From positions 23,996,001 through 24,060,000 of the forward strand of contig NW_024704742.1 in the NCBI RefSeq assembly GCF_018977255.1: a stretch of DNA of 64,000 nt, given 5' to 3'. The DNA comes from Callorhinchus milii (lineage: Eukaryota). A model generated the notes under the pieces. It was given only the letters and a program-made list of their open reading frames with translations, made no database searches and was not told the DNA's origin. Position numbers and translations under genes: made by a program. Shown here in pieces: positions 1 to 11,419 of the stretch; the stretch's first letter is position 1, and the number at the start of each line of letters is the position of its first letter.

Positions 1-378
1 GACACAGACACACACACACACAGACACACACACACAGACAGACACACACACAGACACACACAGACACAGACACACACACACACAGACACACACACACAGA
101 CACACACACACACACACAGACACACACACACACACACACACACAGACAGACACACACACACAGACACACACACACACAGACACACACACACACAGACAGA
201 CAGACACACACACACACACACACACACAGAGACACACACAGACACACACACACAGAGACACACACACACCAGACACACACACACAGACAGACACACACAG
301 ACACACACACACACACACAGACAGACACACACACACAGAGACACACAGACACACACACACACACAGAGACACAGACAC
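1..378. repeat. (CA)n/(CAGA) microsatellite
   Basis: Directly visible. Confidence 0.98.
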
Positions 379-473
379 AGCACCATGAGCAGGCAGCACA
401 GTGAAGCCAGTGTTGCTGCGCTCGCCTCCCACATCGATCCACGGCATCAGAGCCCCTGAAAGCCACAGCAACC

Positions 474-500
474 GGGGGGGGGGGGGGGGGGGGGGGGGGG
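474..500. repeat. G27 homopolymer
   Basis: Directly visible. Confidence 0.95.
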
Positions 501-640
501 TCTGATCCCATCTCACCCCATCTGAAAGTCCAGCTGAACCGAGGCAGCCCCGAGCCCCGAGCCCGAGCCCCGGGGGTGGGGGATAGGTGGGGGTTGCAAA
601 TCGCCGCCCCCGGTGTCGGCGGCTGCGGGTGTGCACTTAC

Positions 641-679
641 TTTAAAAAAGATCATTTTTAAAGTGCCGTAGAAGCCCAT
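641..679 (-). CDS. FBXW7: FBXW7 beta-isoform first coding exon (short form MGFYGTLKMIFFK)
   Basis: ATG GGC TTC TAC GGC ACT TTA AAA ATG ATC TTT TTT AAA|GTAAGT; 12/13 identical to human beta MGFYGTLKMIFYK; phase 0; context aagATGG. Confidence 0.94.
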
Positions 680-773
680 CTTTCCCGCTGCGCTGCTCTC
701 AGTTCCCCGCCCGCTCGGCTGATCGCTGCTGACAGTGGGTCCCTCCAGGTGAGTCCTGCGCCGGCCCCGCTGG

Positions 774-793
774 GGACATGCTCGGGCACGTCA
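774..793. promoter_or_regulatory. p53 response element in the beta-exon leader
   Basis: GGACATGCTC GGGCACGTCA: two RRRCWWGYYY half-sites, zero spacer, 18/20 match. FBXW7beta is an established p53 target with a site in its first exon. Confidence 0.8.
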
Positions 794-1052
794 AGCAATC
801 GGGGAGAGGAGGCGCCTGGTGTGTCCGCGCAGCCCCACAGACCCCCTCCGCCCTCACCCCCACAGCCCGGAGAGCCTCAGACAGTCATCCACCAGTGCTG
901 CAGGGAGGGGAGGGAGAGGGGAGGGAGGGGAGGGAGGGGAGGAGGGGAGGGAGGGGGAGCCAGGAAACCCTGCCTCGCCAGAGTCTCCAATGAACAGATT
1001 CCTCTCTGTCTGGCAGATGGATCAAATTACACTGCACTCCACCCCCTGCCTT

Positions 1053-1181
1053 GTGTGTGAGTGTGTGTGTGATGTGTGTGTGTGATGTGAGTGTGTGTGT
1101 GATGTGAGTGTGTGTGTGATGTGAGTGTGTGTGTGTGATGTGAGTGTGTGTGTGTGATGTGAGTGTGAGTGTGTGTGTGTG
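1053..1181. repeat. Imperfect (TG)n repeat with GATGTGAG units
   Basis: Directly visible. Confidence 0.95.
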
Positions 1182-1639
1182 TAAAAAACACAGCAATGGC
1201 ACAGTCCAGTTCCCAACAATGTGAGCTGCACATCAATTAGACGAACAAAGCCCCGGGGAGCAAAAGGGGTAACCAAACGGAGGAAGTAACACAGCCCCGA
1301 TTCGTACGATTTAATCCAACCCCCACCCCCCCACCACACACACACACACACACCCCTTAAAAGAAAAGTGCTTGTATGTTGCGTGCGGGAGGAATGTTTG
1401 GAATCGGTAAAGGGGACGTGAGATCTGGTCTCGTTCGTCAGAAGGCGACAAGAATTCCCCCCCTTTCCTCTTCTCTACGTTGCTTCTGATGCGGTTGAGA
1501 AGGAGACACTGCAAATGAAGGCTGTTTTTGTGTGTGTGTGTTGTGTGTGTGTGTGTGTGTTGCCTCTGTTGGTTCGAGCTTCTGATAGAATTGCATCTGC
1601 TTTGCTTCATTGCAAATAACAGGCAGGTGGTATGTATGT

Positions 1640-2356
1640 GGGAGAGAGATGGAGAGAGAGGGAGAGAGATGGAGAGAGGGGAGGGAGAGAGATGGAGGGA
1701 GGGAGGGAGAGAGATGGAGAGAGGGAGGGAGAGAGATGGAGAGAGGGAGGGAGAGAGATGGAGGGAGGGAGGGAGGGAGGGAGAGAGTGATGGAGAGAGG
1801 GAGGGGGAGAGAGATAGAGGGAGCGAGAGAGAGATAGAGAGAGAGGGAGAGAGAGGATGGAGGGAGGGGAGGGAGGGAGGGATATGGAGAGAGGGAGGGA
1901 GGGAGAGAGATGGAGGGAGGGAGAGAGATGGAGAGAGGGAGGAGGGAGTGAGAGAGAGAGAGGGAGTGAGATGGAGGGAGGGAGGGAGAGAGAGGGAGGG
2001 AGGGAGAGAGAGAGATGGAGAGAGGGAGGGAGAGAGATGGAGGGAGGGAGAGAGATGGAGGGAGGGAGAGAGAGATGGAGAGAGGGAGGGAGAGAGAGAT
2101 GGAGGGAGGGAGGGAGGGAGGGAGAGAGATGGAGGGAGGGAGGGAGAGAGATGGAGGGAGAGAGATGGAGGGAGGGAGAGAGATGGAGGGAGGGAGAGAG
2201 ATGGAGAGAGGGAGGGAGGGAGAGGGAGGGAGGGAGGGAGAGAGAGGGAGGGAGGGAGGGAGGGAGGGAGAGAGAGGGAGAGAGAGAGAGAGAGGGGGAG
2301 AGAGAGAGGGGGAGAGAGGGAGGGAGGGAGAGATGGAGAGAGAGATGGAGAGAGGG
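1640..2356. repeat. ~700-bp polypurine (GGGA/GA/GATG) low-complexity tract
   Basis: Almost only G/A on the + strand; explains the spurious ORFs at 1311-2648. Confidence 0.97.
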
Positions 2357-2395
2357 TGTCTGGCTCCCCCATCTGCCAATGCTATTTTTCTCCCT

Positions 2396-2409
2396 ATTGC
2401 CATGGCAAT
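2396..2409. promoter_or_regulatory. RFX X-box-like palindrome
   Basis: Perfect 14-bp palindrome ATTGCCATGGCAAT (RFX consensus GTTGCCATGGCAAC) at the edge of a CpG-rich patch 2400-2700. Confidence 0.45.
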
Positions 2410-3444
2410 CCCTGAGCCGGAGAGCCGGAGGGGTCGGCCACACCGACTTTGTGGAGTTGGCTTTTTGCTTCCACACTGAGAGCTCTCGGAAACCCCCGGG
2501 AGACGGCTCCCAACCTTTGCAACAGCGGGAGAGGAATGCCAGGCACGCAGGGGTCAGGCCGGAGGCTTTGAAGCCTCTCGTCAACCCAACCCCATTGCCG
2601 TTAACCTTCTGGTGTGCAATTCCTGCTCAACTGTGTGCCAAGATCTGAGATGGCAGACTGAGATCTCTCGGCCAGACACCACCTTCGCAAAGCAGGTGGT
2701 GACTTGGAACTTTTTCGTGTGTTTTTTTTATTAAAAAAATAGTTCAAAATCAATTTCACACTCAATTTCTCTCAATTTATTTTGGTGGTGGGGGGGGGGG
2801 GGAAGTCAGTGCAAATATTTACACTGGAGGTTCAGAGAACTCTGCAGAACGCTTATGCAATGTGCATTAACCCCACACTATGTTAATAAATGCAAAATAT
2901 TGTGTAAGCATTCTGCACTCTGCTTTTACATCGAGTCCTGCACACAATTATGACTTGGAAACGCGCTTAAAATTGTGTGCCCTTGTTTTAAAACATTTTC
3001 TTCGGTGTTCAATTCTTCATGCATGGACTGTAAGAGGGGAAATCCCTGTGAAGCTACTCAGCCTTCTCTAACACTTGAGTTAACTGCTTGGCAGTGCACG
3101 AGGAGCCTGATGTCAAGCTCTTCACTTCCAACTCTTCATCACCTCTCCTTTCCCAGGGAAACACCCAGATGTCCGTTTTATATCTCCTCATAGCAGTTTG
3201 ACCGAAATTTGCAACCAAAGAGAGTTGTGGTCCACTGATTCAAATCTATATATGTGGCAGTGCACATTTGAAGCCAGTGTCCTGCCTATAAATTGCTATT
3301 TATTTCAGCTCCAAGTAAACTACCAAAGAGCCATTGAAATTGACAGCATAGAGAAGGCCCATTGTGTTTGCTATTTTAAAGAAAGTACAATATTAAATGC
3401 AGGGATTCTTATTGTAATAACAACTGCTGACATTGCAGGACAGT

Positions 3445-3910
3445 AATGGAGGAGTGCTGGATCATCAGAAGTACCATCCTTTGGATAAGAAGTTAAACAG
3501 AGCTCCTATCTGCCTGTTCAGGTGGATGTTAAAGATTGTGTTAAAAAACAAAAGTTTCTTCTGGAGTCCTGGCCAAAAATTCTCCAGATAAATTTATTAT
3601 TCACCTCATGACCGTTTGTGAAACCCTCCTGTGCACAAAATGGCTGCAGGTTTTGTTTACAAATACAATAAACTCCTGATAACTCAGCCCTTGCTTAATT
3701 GTCACCACCACTTAACTCATCATGTCATCACGCTGTCAATATCCTGCCCGCATTTATTTATGTATTTATACATATGCCTAACCGGCCACTCCTGACAACG
3801 CATGACTAAACCCTTTTCCCTTGCAGTAACGAGTTATCAGGAGTTTATGGCATAGTTTCTATACTTGACACAATTCCTTGTGAAGCGCTTTGAGATATTT
3901 GAATGTTATG
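3445..3910 (+). mobile_element. Old Deu-domain SINE (AmnSINE1/SacSINE1-like) interrupted by a MITE
   Basis: Core cctttggataagaagttaaacagagctcctatctgcctgttcaggtggatgttaaagat and tail tgtgaagcgctttgaga. Related copies near 13900-14140, 15290-15450, 20010-20340(-), 29790-30110, 37960-38270(-), 47850-48080, 58000-58420. Confidence 0.7.
3668..3848. mobile_element. MITE with perfect 18-bp terminal inverted repeats
   Basis: ATAAACTCCTGATAACTC (3668-3685) and GAGTTATCAGGAGTTTAT (3831-3848); splits the SINE body. Confidence 0.75.
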
Positions 3911-6900
3911 CTATTCAGTATACTACATTATTTCATTTTGATTTCATTTCCAGAAAGAGCAGAAAATGGCTCAGAGTTCCACTGCTGGGATAATTCCGCC
4001 ATTCCACCCAATCGTTTACTTCTCTCCGGTTATTGGCCACTCTGACTCCTCCTATGGCAGGCAGAAAGAAAACAGGGGAAACAAAAAAAACAAAGAAAAT
4101 TTGGAGGAATGCAAAATTCTCTTTGAAAGTTCTTCCCTGAATCCTGAAAGTAGTTGAGCGAGCTACTGGAGAGTGCCGAGCAATACGAGAGCCTGTGTAA
4201 ACAATCCCTGAATAATCGAAAGGCAAGAGCAAGGATTATTATAATAAATTACCTTCTAGGTTTTCCCTTAAGTTTTTTTCTACACACATATAATGATATG
4301 ATTCTTAAGTGTAACATATTTTGCCATACTTTGCTGATCATAAAGTATGACGTCACTCTCCTAACCGCATTCTTCCTGCCTCCACCTCTCATGATCCCAT
4401 TCTCCAGCTCGGGTGCACATCTTTGACTGTACAGCGCCTTGGGATATCCTCCAGACGTGAAAGGCGCTATGTAAATGTAATTTATTGTTGTTGTTGCTCG
4501 TATTAGCCCTTGGCAGTACAGTTGCTGTATCTTTCTCTCTGCATGTATTTGCTTTGATTTGGGTGAGATACACTATAGTCTTATTTTTTTCAGAAACCAG
4601 TCAGCCATCTGACAGTTTCACTTGTACATTTTATTACTTGATGCAATTTTACCTTTATTGTGCTTTATGTAGACTGTGTACATTGTACACCGCATGCTTG
4701 TTTGTTTGGTAAAACAGAAAATGTAGTATTGTTTTAGGCGAGACAAGAGAGTGACTGCCAGTGGAAGTATCTTGAGTTGGGGGTGGGGCTGCGTCATAAT
4801 AACTGTTACATTAAAATGCACAGTTGAGTAGAAATGATTTTGATCAATGGAACAAAAAGGTTGCAGGCCCCATTTTCTGGACGTCAGGCCACCACTGATA
4901 TTTCCTATGTGCTGAACATGCGTAGTAACTGACATCAGTGATGCTTCCTGTGCACAATGGAAGTTGGCCATTTTTTTNGCAAGGGAACCTGTCAAGTCTG
5001 CTCCTCGATATAGCCCAGACCCACAGCAGGCCAGTATAATTTTCCCATTCTACTTAACATGTGCCCTGAGACGCCATCATATGTAACCGACGTGATATAA
5101 ATGCAAGTTGTTGTTGTGTAACACTTCTCTCCTGCTGTTGACCTTCTGTTCGTTCCAATGGAAAGTGAAAAAACAGGCGAAAGTAAGACGGACAACAACA
5201 ATTTGCAGTTACATAGCGCCCTTCACTAGGGGTGGGGTCCCAGAGCGCTTGGATAAATGTAGGCACATAAAAAATCCCTAGAATAGGAAAATTCCTCCCT
5301 GACTATCAAAGTGAAACCTCACTCGCGCAAATGCAGGGTGCAGGTCAATGTGATCAATCACCTTGAACAACAGTTGATAACTTCCTTTCCAGAGAGAGAG
5401 AGAGAGAGCAAGTAAGAGGGAGAATATTGAAATAACCTCTAAATGTCTCTTTCTGCATGTTTTTCAAAGATTGCAATGTAAAAATAATTCAATCCACATT
5501 GATCCTCACAGGATTAACTACAAATGTTTTGAAACAGCAGAGATAAAAAGAAATGTTACATTGGTTGGAATCATCAGTTTGATCTCAGATTCTCCAGCCA
5601 AACAAAAAAGGATACTGTCCTTATGAAACACAACAATCTGGCATACAATTTGAGTGATGAATCGTCATTGCAATAACTACAAATATGCTGAAGGAATACC
5701 AGGTAGTGTGCTAGAATTTAACATTCTTTCATCTTTCCCTGTTAAGACCAGCTGGAGCTCGCATATATTCTACAGACGCATGCTAAGAAGTTTAATATTT
5801 TTTGAGGAAAAAAATCACAAATTATAGTGTTCCAAAAAATACCCTTTCAGTTGACTGTATGAACTAAATTAAACAAGGTTCAGAACTGCTTTGATCCACT
5901 TCACTCCACAAAATATTTGCATTTACACTGGCAGAGAGCAGAAAGTCAACCATTTCAACCTGTTGGTAGCTTGATATTGCATTTTTATTACCTACTCTAG
6001 TACATAAAGAACCATTATATGATTGTTCCACTGCATTCAGTAAAATAAATCCAGAGTTCACTGCTGGTTATAACATGCAAGTCAATTGTGGCAGATGGCC
6101 TCTACAATTGTCTACTACGATATCCCCCACTAGAAAAATAGTAAGCAAGAGTAAGTTTGTTCATATTTTAAATAATAATTACTATGTGTTCTAAGTAATA
6201 AAGAAGTATTTGGTACATCACTTTTCAATTAAATCTTTTTAAATATTTTCTGCTGATTCAATATTTAGATTTTCATATTCCCAGATGGAAATGTATGAGA
6301 AAACACATTAGAATTTAGCAACTGCATAAGAGTGATGCAAGAAAACCTCCAACATGTATAAGGACATCCCAATCTAATGCCTCAAAGACCCAAAGAGAGA
6401 CAAAAAAACATAGCTTTCAGGTCAATTACACTCTTTTGAAACTTGTCTGAAATGTAAATTGAAATGCAGTTCCACACCAAGACAAATGTTTTTGTGCCTC
6501 ATTATAACACATGATCTGAGGACACTGGACCCAGATAGTTTCATATTGTATATGAAAAACACATTTCACTTGATTTAGTCTTAGTGAAAGTAATTCTTGT
6601 AATGGATCATTCTTCAGATCATGAGCATTTCTGCATGTCATCAGGTCACCATGAAATTGACTAACAATAATAATAATCCTTGCATTTGATATACAGCCAA
6701 ATAACATCTTTGAGACATCTCAACGCATTTTACAGGATGTACTGTAAGGTGGAATGACAGTATTTTGTGGACGAAATGTGGCAACATTTTACAAACAGCC
6801 ATGGAGTGAGTGACCAGTATTATTTGTATTATTTATAAATACATCTCATACTGGAAAGGATACAAAAGCCTTCCAAAACTGCTGGATAGGCAAGACAGCG

Positions 6901-7436
6901 AAGCCTAGGGTGAATCTCTAAATGAGTCACTCTCTTACTTTAGTCCAAAAATAAGTTAAGTTTAAAAAAAAAGTCTACAGACTATAAGATTTCCAATGCC
7001 AGTCTGCATTCTCCTTCAGTTAGGTGCATCCAAACTACAGGGCTGCTCCAGGATTAAAAAGCAGAAATTGTGCTGCTGGCTTAGTTAAACAGTACAATGT
7101 TGCACTGCACTTGGACTAGGTTCACGATACGATTCTCCAGTTGTGAGCTGAGCTAATTCACAGCAGGTGCCAAGCTGTTGTGCAAAAGAAGGAAGGAGAG
7201 CTAGAGTCACAAGATGTGTTGGATTAAGAAGGTCCTTCAGACCATTTGATTTCATCCCAAAATACCTACTCTACTAACCTCCCACTGTAGCAGCAAGTTA
7301 CTTTTTAAATGAGTCCATCAATAGCTCCAAATCCTTCCTGGCAACCACCTTTCCTGGCAACCTGTTCCAGTCACTAATTATCCTCTAGGTAAAGAAAAAC
7401 TTTCCTATATCTGTACAGAAAAGGCTGAGACTAATG

Positions 7437-7580
7437 GATTTTTTAAAAAAAATAGAGGGATTAGGGGATATGGCAAGTAATTAGAGTTAGGTCTGAAGAT
7501 CAGCCATGATCTTATCAAATGGCGGGCAGGCTCGAGGGGCCGAATGGCCTACTCCTGTTCCTAATTCTTATGTTCTTATG
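7437..7580 (+). mobile_element. Younger CR1 3' tail
   Basis: ggctcgaggggccgaatggcctactcctgttcctaattcttatgttcttatg, a CR1 3' hairpin plus short tandem tail. Confidence 0.8.
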
Positions 7581-7751
7581 TAGAAAATGCCCTATGCAAC
7601 TCTAAATCTGTGTTCTCTTGTTCTACTCTATCGGTGAAATCCTAGAGTATTCTGGGCTTACATTTCAATCCTTTTAAAATATTTTACACCTCTATAAGGT
7701 CTCCTCTGAGTCGTCTTCTCTCTCAAGCCTGAAAGACTCTGCCTTGTCTAT

Positions 7752-8205
7752 TCAGCTTGTGTCCTCTCCCGCACCAGGCTCCATGACCACCACCCTTGTC
7801 CAGCTCCACTGACTCCCTATACCCCAGGAGTTCAAAATCCTCGTCCTCACCTTCAAGGCTCTCCACGGCCTTGCCCTTCCCTACCTCTGCAACCTGCTGT
7901 CCCCATATCAACCCAATCGCTCCTTCTGCTCAGCAGGCTCTGGTCTGCTCCACAGCCCCCACCCGGCTCGCTCCACCATCGGCGGCCACGCCTTCAGCCT
8001 TTCTGCCCCCATCCTATGAAACTCCATCCCACATTCCCTTCGCCTTGCTCCCTCCCTTGCCTCCTTCAAGGCGCATCTCAAAACCCTCCTCTTCAACCAA
8101 GCTTTCGGCCACCCTCCCTGACCCCCAGCTTGGGTTCAAATCGCTGACTGTCCAGCGCCTTCCAACGTGAAAAGGCGCTATAAAAATATAATTTTGTATT
8201 GTATT
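7752..8205 (+). mobile_element. L2 LINE 3' end
   Basis: Encodes FKILVLTFKALHGLALPYL (L2 ORF2 C-terminus); tail gtgaaaaggcgctataaaaat. Confidence 0.85.
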
Positions 8206-10104
8206 TCTCAGAGCTCATTGCTGGTGATCATTCTCATTGCTCTATGGCCTGGGCAGCCTCCTTATTTCGTGGTCACCAGAAATGTACAAAGTTCTTCGGT
8301 GCAGCCTGATCGGAGCACTATACCATCTGAGTATAATGTCTGAGTATCCAAACTCAACTGATTTAGCAATATAACCCAGCATCTTGTTTGCCTTGCTTAT
8401 TGGTGCCTCACACTGTTTTGACAGTGAGCGATGAGTCAACTAACACCTCTAGATCTCTTCCAGCTTCCCTCTTGGCAAAGTATATTCCATCGATGGAGTA
8501 CATGTGTTTCCTATTCTTACTTCCTACATACAGTACTTTGTATTTATCTGTATTAAACTATACCTGCCAGTTATCAGCTCTCGTTGTAGGACCTTTGCTG
8601 CGTCCTTTGATTTCACAGTTTCCCCCCAACTTGGTGTCATCAAAGGGTTCAACCTTGGTTCCAATGTCAACAAATACGATCACCTAGTTTTGCAATTGGT
8701 CAGCACATAGGAATCCATGGTTAATTGCCCTCAGCTTGGACAAAATGTACATGGATCTAAGCAATCACACATTAGTACTGAGATTGATAGATGCACCATT
8801 TATATTATAACAAAAAAACAATCTGTGCTAAACACTGCTTTATGAAGATGAGCATGAATACTCAAAGTACTGTAATTGTTCGCAAGGCAGCTGTAATGGA
8901 GAAAAAAATGTGAAACGCAATTTAAACCAATTGTTTTTGTACATTATCAAATAGGACTCCAGTTCTTTGCTAAAATGATTTTGAAATTTAAAAAGTAGCA
9001 TCTCCAATAAATTTTAGAGACATAGTAATCCTTCCAGAGCACATTCCATTTACAATTGTGTTCTTTGACAGATGGCTCCTGAAATGGTTGATAAAATTAC
9101 AAGAAAAAACAATAACCTTTCACGCAAGTTTACACCGAAAAGTTTCTTATTTGTTGGGGGGCAGGGGAATCTTGTAAAGGGCCTCTTTCATGTTGGGTAC
9201 AAAAAAAAAACAAGGTTCCTTCAGCAGTTTTCCTTCTCATCAATTGCTGTTATATTCAGACCAATTTAATAGCTCACCCCTGCCATTTCTACATGGGTTA
9301 TTGTTATAGTTTCCAATCAGTAATTAATGCAAGATGCTTATCAGAACAGTTTGCATTTAATAATTTGAATATTTCTTCAGACTACAGCAGTTCAGACTGT
9401 TTTTTTTTCCTGCATCGATCAGCTCACTTCATCATTCAGTGGCCACTAAGCATCTCTGAAGTCAAGAGGTTCACTTGGAAAAATAATCAAAGAGCTAGGA
9501 GATCTGAAGGACAACCTGGGTGGTTTGGACTCACTTAATACGCATTTTATGCTGTCAAGTTTGAGACAGGCAGAATATACTTTTCAACCATTGACTATCT
9601 TTAAAAGATAGTTTGGATTGTATTCACATCCCCCGAATAAAATTTGGAAGTATCAAACACAAACTACACACCTTAATATTAACCCGACATTATGCCTGTA
9701 TGGTACATACTTTTTGAATGCAGGGAGTGCTGGGGGGAGGGAGAGAAGGGTTACATATGTGATTGATTTGTCTTTTATTCACTATTTAAACAAAACACTA
9801 CCTACTTTCAGATTTATACCTTTTCAATACCAGAATTTATTAAGATTCACTGGGAGAAAACAGATACCTAGCTGCAAGATTTTTCATGGCCAGAAGCTTA
9901 TTTTAACCTTTTAGAAATACTGGGATGGATGGACTTAATAACAAAATAGTGATCAGGATAGAAAGAGATTTCACCTCACACTGGGCCTGTGCTTTACTGT
10001 AAGGCTCTCATTGGTGAGTGACTCCTATAATTTCTTAAATATCTAATCCAGGCACCATCAGTTTCCTACTAATACAGGGCATAACTGTACCTAAAATCGT
10101 TCCT

Positions 10105-10495
10105 AAGGCAACCTCGATGGTGTAGCGGAGACAGTAGTAGCTTATAGATCGGGAACTCAGTGGTTAGATCCCTGGTCTGTGCTGAGTTTGCTAGCTGCAG
10201 CCTCATATGTTTGGGGCAGCCCAGCCTTCCAAGGGCTAAGAGGAAATCCAACCAGGGCTCTACTCCTTGTATCTGTTCACCCCTCTACACTATCAGTGTG
10301 TGTGTGTGACAGCTGATTAGGGAGAGGTTAGACTCAGCTGTGATGCCCTCTACAATCGAGTAGTCTGCCAACGTTCTCTGCCAAGCTTAGAAATCAACAA
10401 CGGCCAGAGGTACCAATTGGGCTGAGTCCAGGAAGGAAACCAATGTCTGCGGAACCTCACTCCACCAAGAGCAGAATGCCATTGGGGAGAAATTT
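10105..10495 (+). mobile_element. Ancient SINE resembling AmnSINE2
   Basis: gatccctggtctgtgctgagtttgct...caaccagggctc...cagctgtgatgccctc matches recalled AmnSINE2 motifs; reverse-strand relatives at 42285-42510, 53980-54280, 37270-37490. Confidence 0.55.
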
Positions 10496-11290
10496 TGAAA
10501 AAAAAATATTAATTAGAACACATTAAATTTAAAACACTACAAGAAGAATGCTTACAATCTCAAATGCTGGTATAGAAATTAGAACTTCCATGCCATTACT
10601 CTGGATGGCAATCTCTCAAGACTCATCTATTTTCTACAAATAATGTGACAGGAGTCATAAAAAAGGAAAAAAAAAGAGTCTAAGATTTCTATTCCCTGTC
10701 CCAAAAATACTAAGAGCAAAATTGGAAAATTTCATTACTGTAGTTTTATAAATGATTATGATTATGATTATAGATAATGGGTGGGCGGGATGGGATTCCC
10801 TCTTTTAAGCACCTTCCTTTCACTTATTTAGGGGTTGTAGAAATGGTAACACTGAAAAATAATAATAATGATCCTTTCATTTGTTATAGCGCTTGTCACG
10901 TGGTTCCAATGTCTCAAAGTGCTTCACAAGTGGATTGACTGTGTATTTTGTGGGCGAACATGGGCAGCCAATTGCGTACAGAAGTGTCCCCACAAACAGC
11001 TATTTAATTAAATTTTAAATGAAATCAAATGTAATTAAGCATGTTCTGGTAATGTTCCTGGTTAAAAACTTAACATTTTAAAATCTGGCATAGTTGAAAT
11101 CAAATCATATTCAATCGCTGGTTTGCAATGATATCAGCTGGGCTGATATTGTGGCTGCCCATGTGTGCGAGTAGAAGGTAAACATAAGCAGGATTCCCTT
11201 TTGGCATCGGTAAGTAATTACTCCTTTTTGGAACATGTGTGTGTGGTTAACAGGTGAGAACAGGATTGGCTTGGATATAATGTTACCCAC

Positions 11291-11419
11291 CTCCGTCCAT
11301 CTTCCACGCAGGAAAATGAGCTGCCAATAATAATGCTTGCTGTCCAAGCTCACACATGATAAACAGTCTCTTGAGCAAGGTACCAGAGATTTGCTGGCAT
11401 CCATATTCAAGTACGTCAT
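11291..11419 (-). CDS. Candidate additional FBXW7 N-terminal exon, 43 aa MTYLNMDASKSLVPCSRDCLSCVSLDSKHYYWQLIFLRGRWTE
   Basis: ATG with A at -3, 129 nt stop-free, ending GAG|GTGGGT in phase 0; unique non-repeat sequence between gamma and beta. No homology check possible. Confidence 0.45.

Larger units (their letters stand above)
410..1050. promoter_or_regulatory. GC/CpG-rich region spanning the beta exon (putative beta promoter/5'UTR)
   Basis: Many CpGs compared with the CpG-poor intron; CCAAT at 987-991 and CAGATG E-box near 1014. Confidence 0.55.
7200..8690 (-). mobile_element. Degenerate CR1 LINE 3' region with nested insertions
   Basis: Minus-strand SKANKMLGYIAKSVEF...IILRWYSAPIRLH resembles CR1 ORF2 C-terminal region; interrupted by a + CR1 tail and an L2 3' end. 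Confidence 0.75.

Noticed and set aside
1311..2648. Long ORFs of 150-353 aa on both strands
   Set aside because: Translations of the GA-rich low-complexity tract (SLP/ERG repeats).
4978..4978. Single N bases (4978, 19030, 23698, 51824)
   Set aside because: All at homopolymer ends; assembly ambiguity, and a reason for caution about 1-nt frameshift calls.
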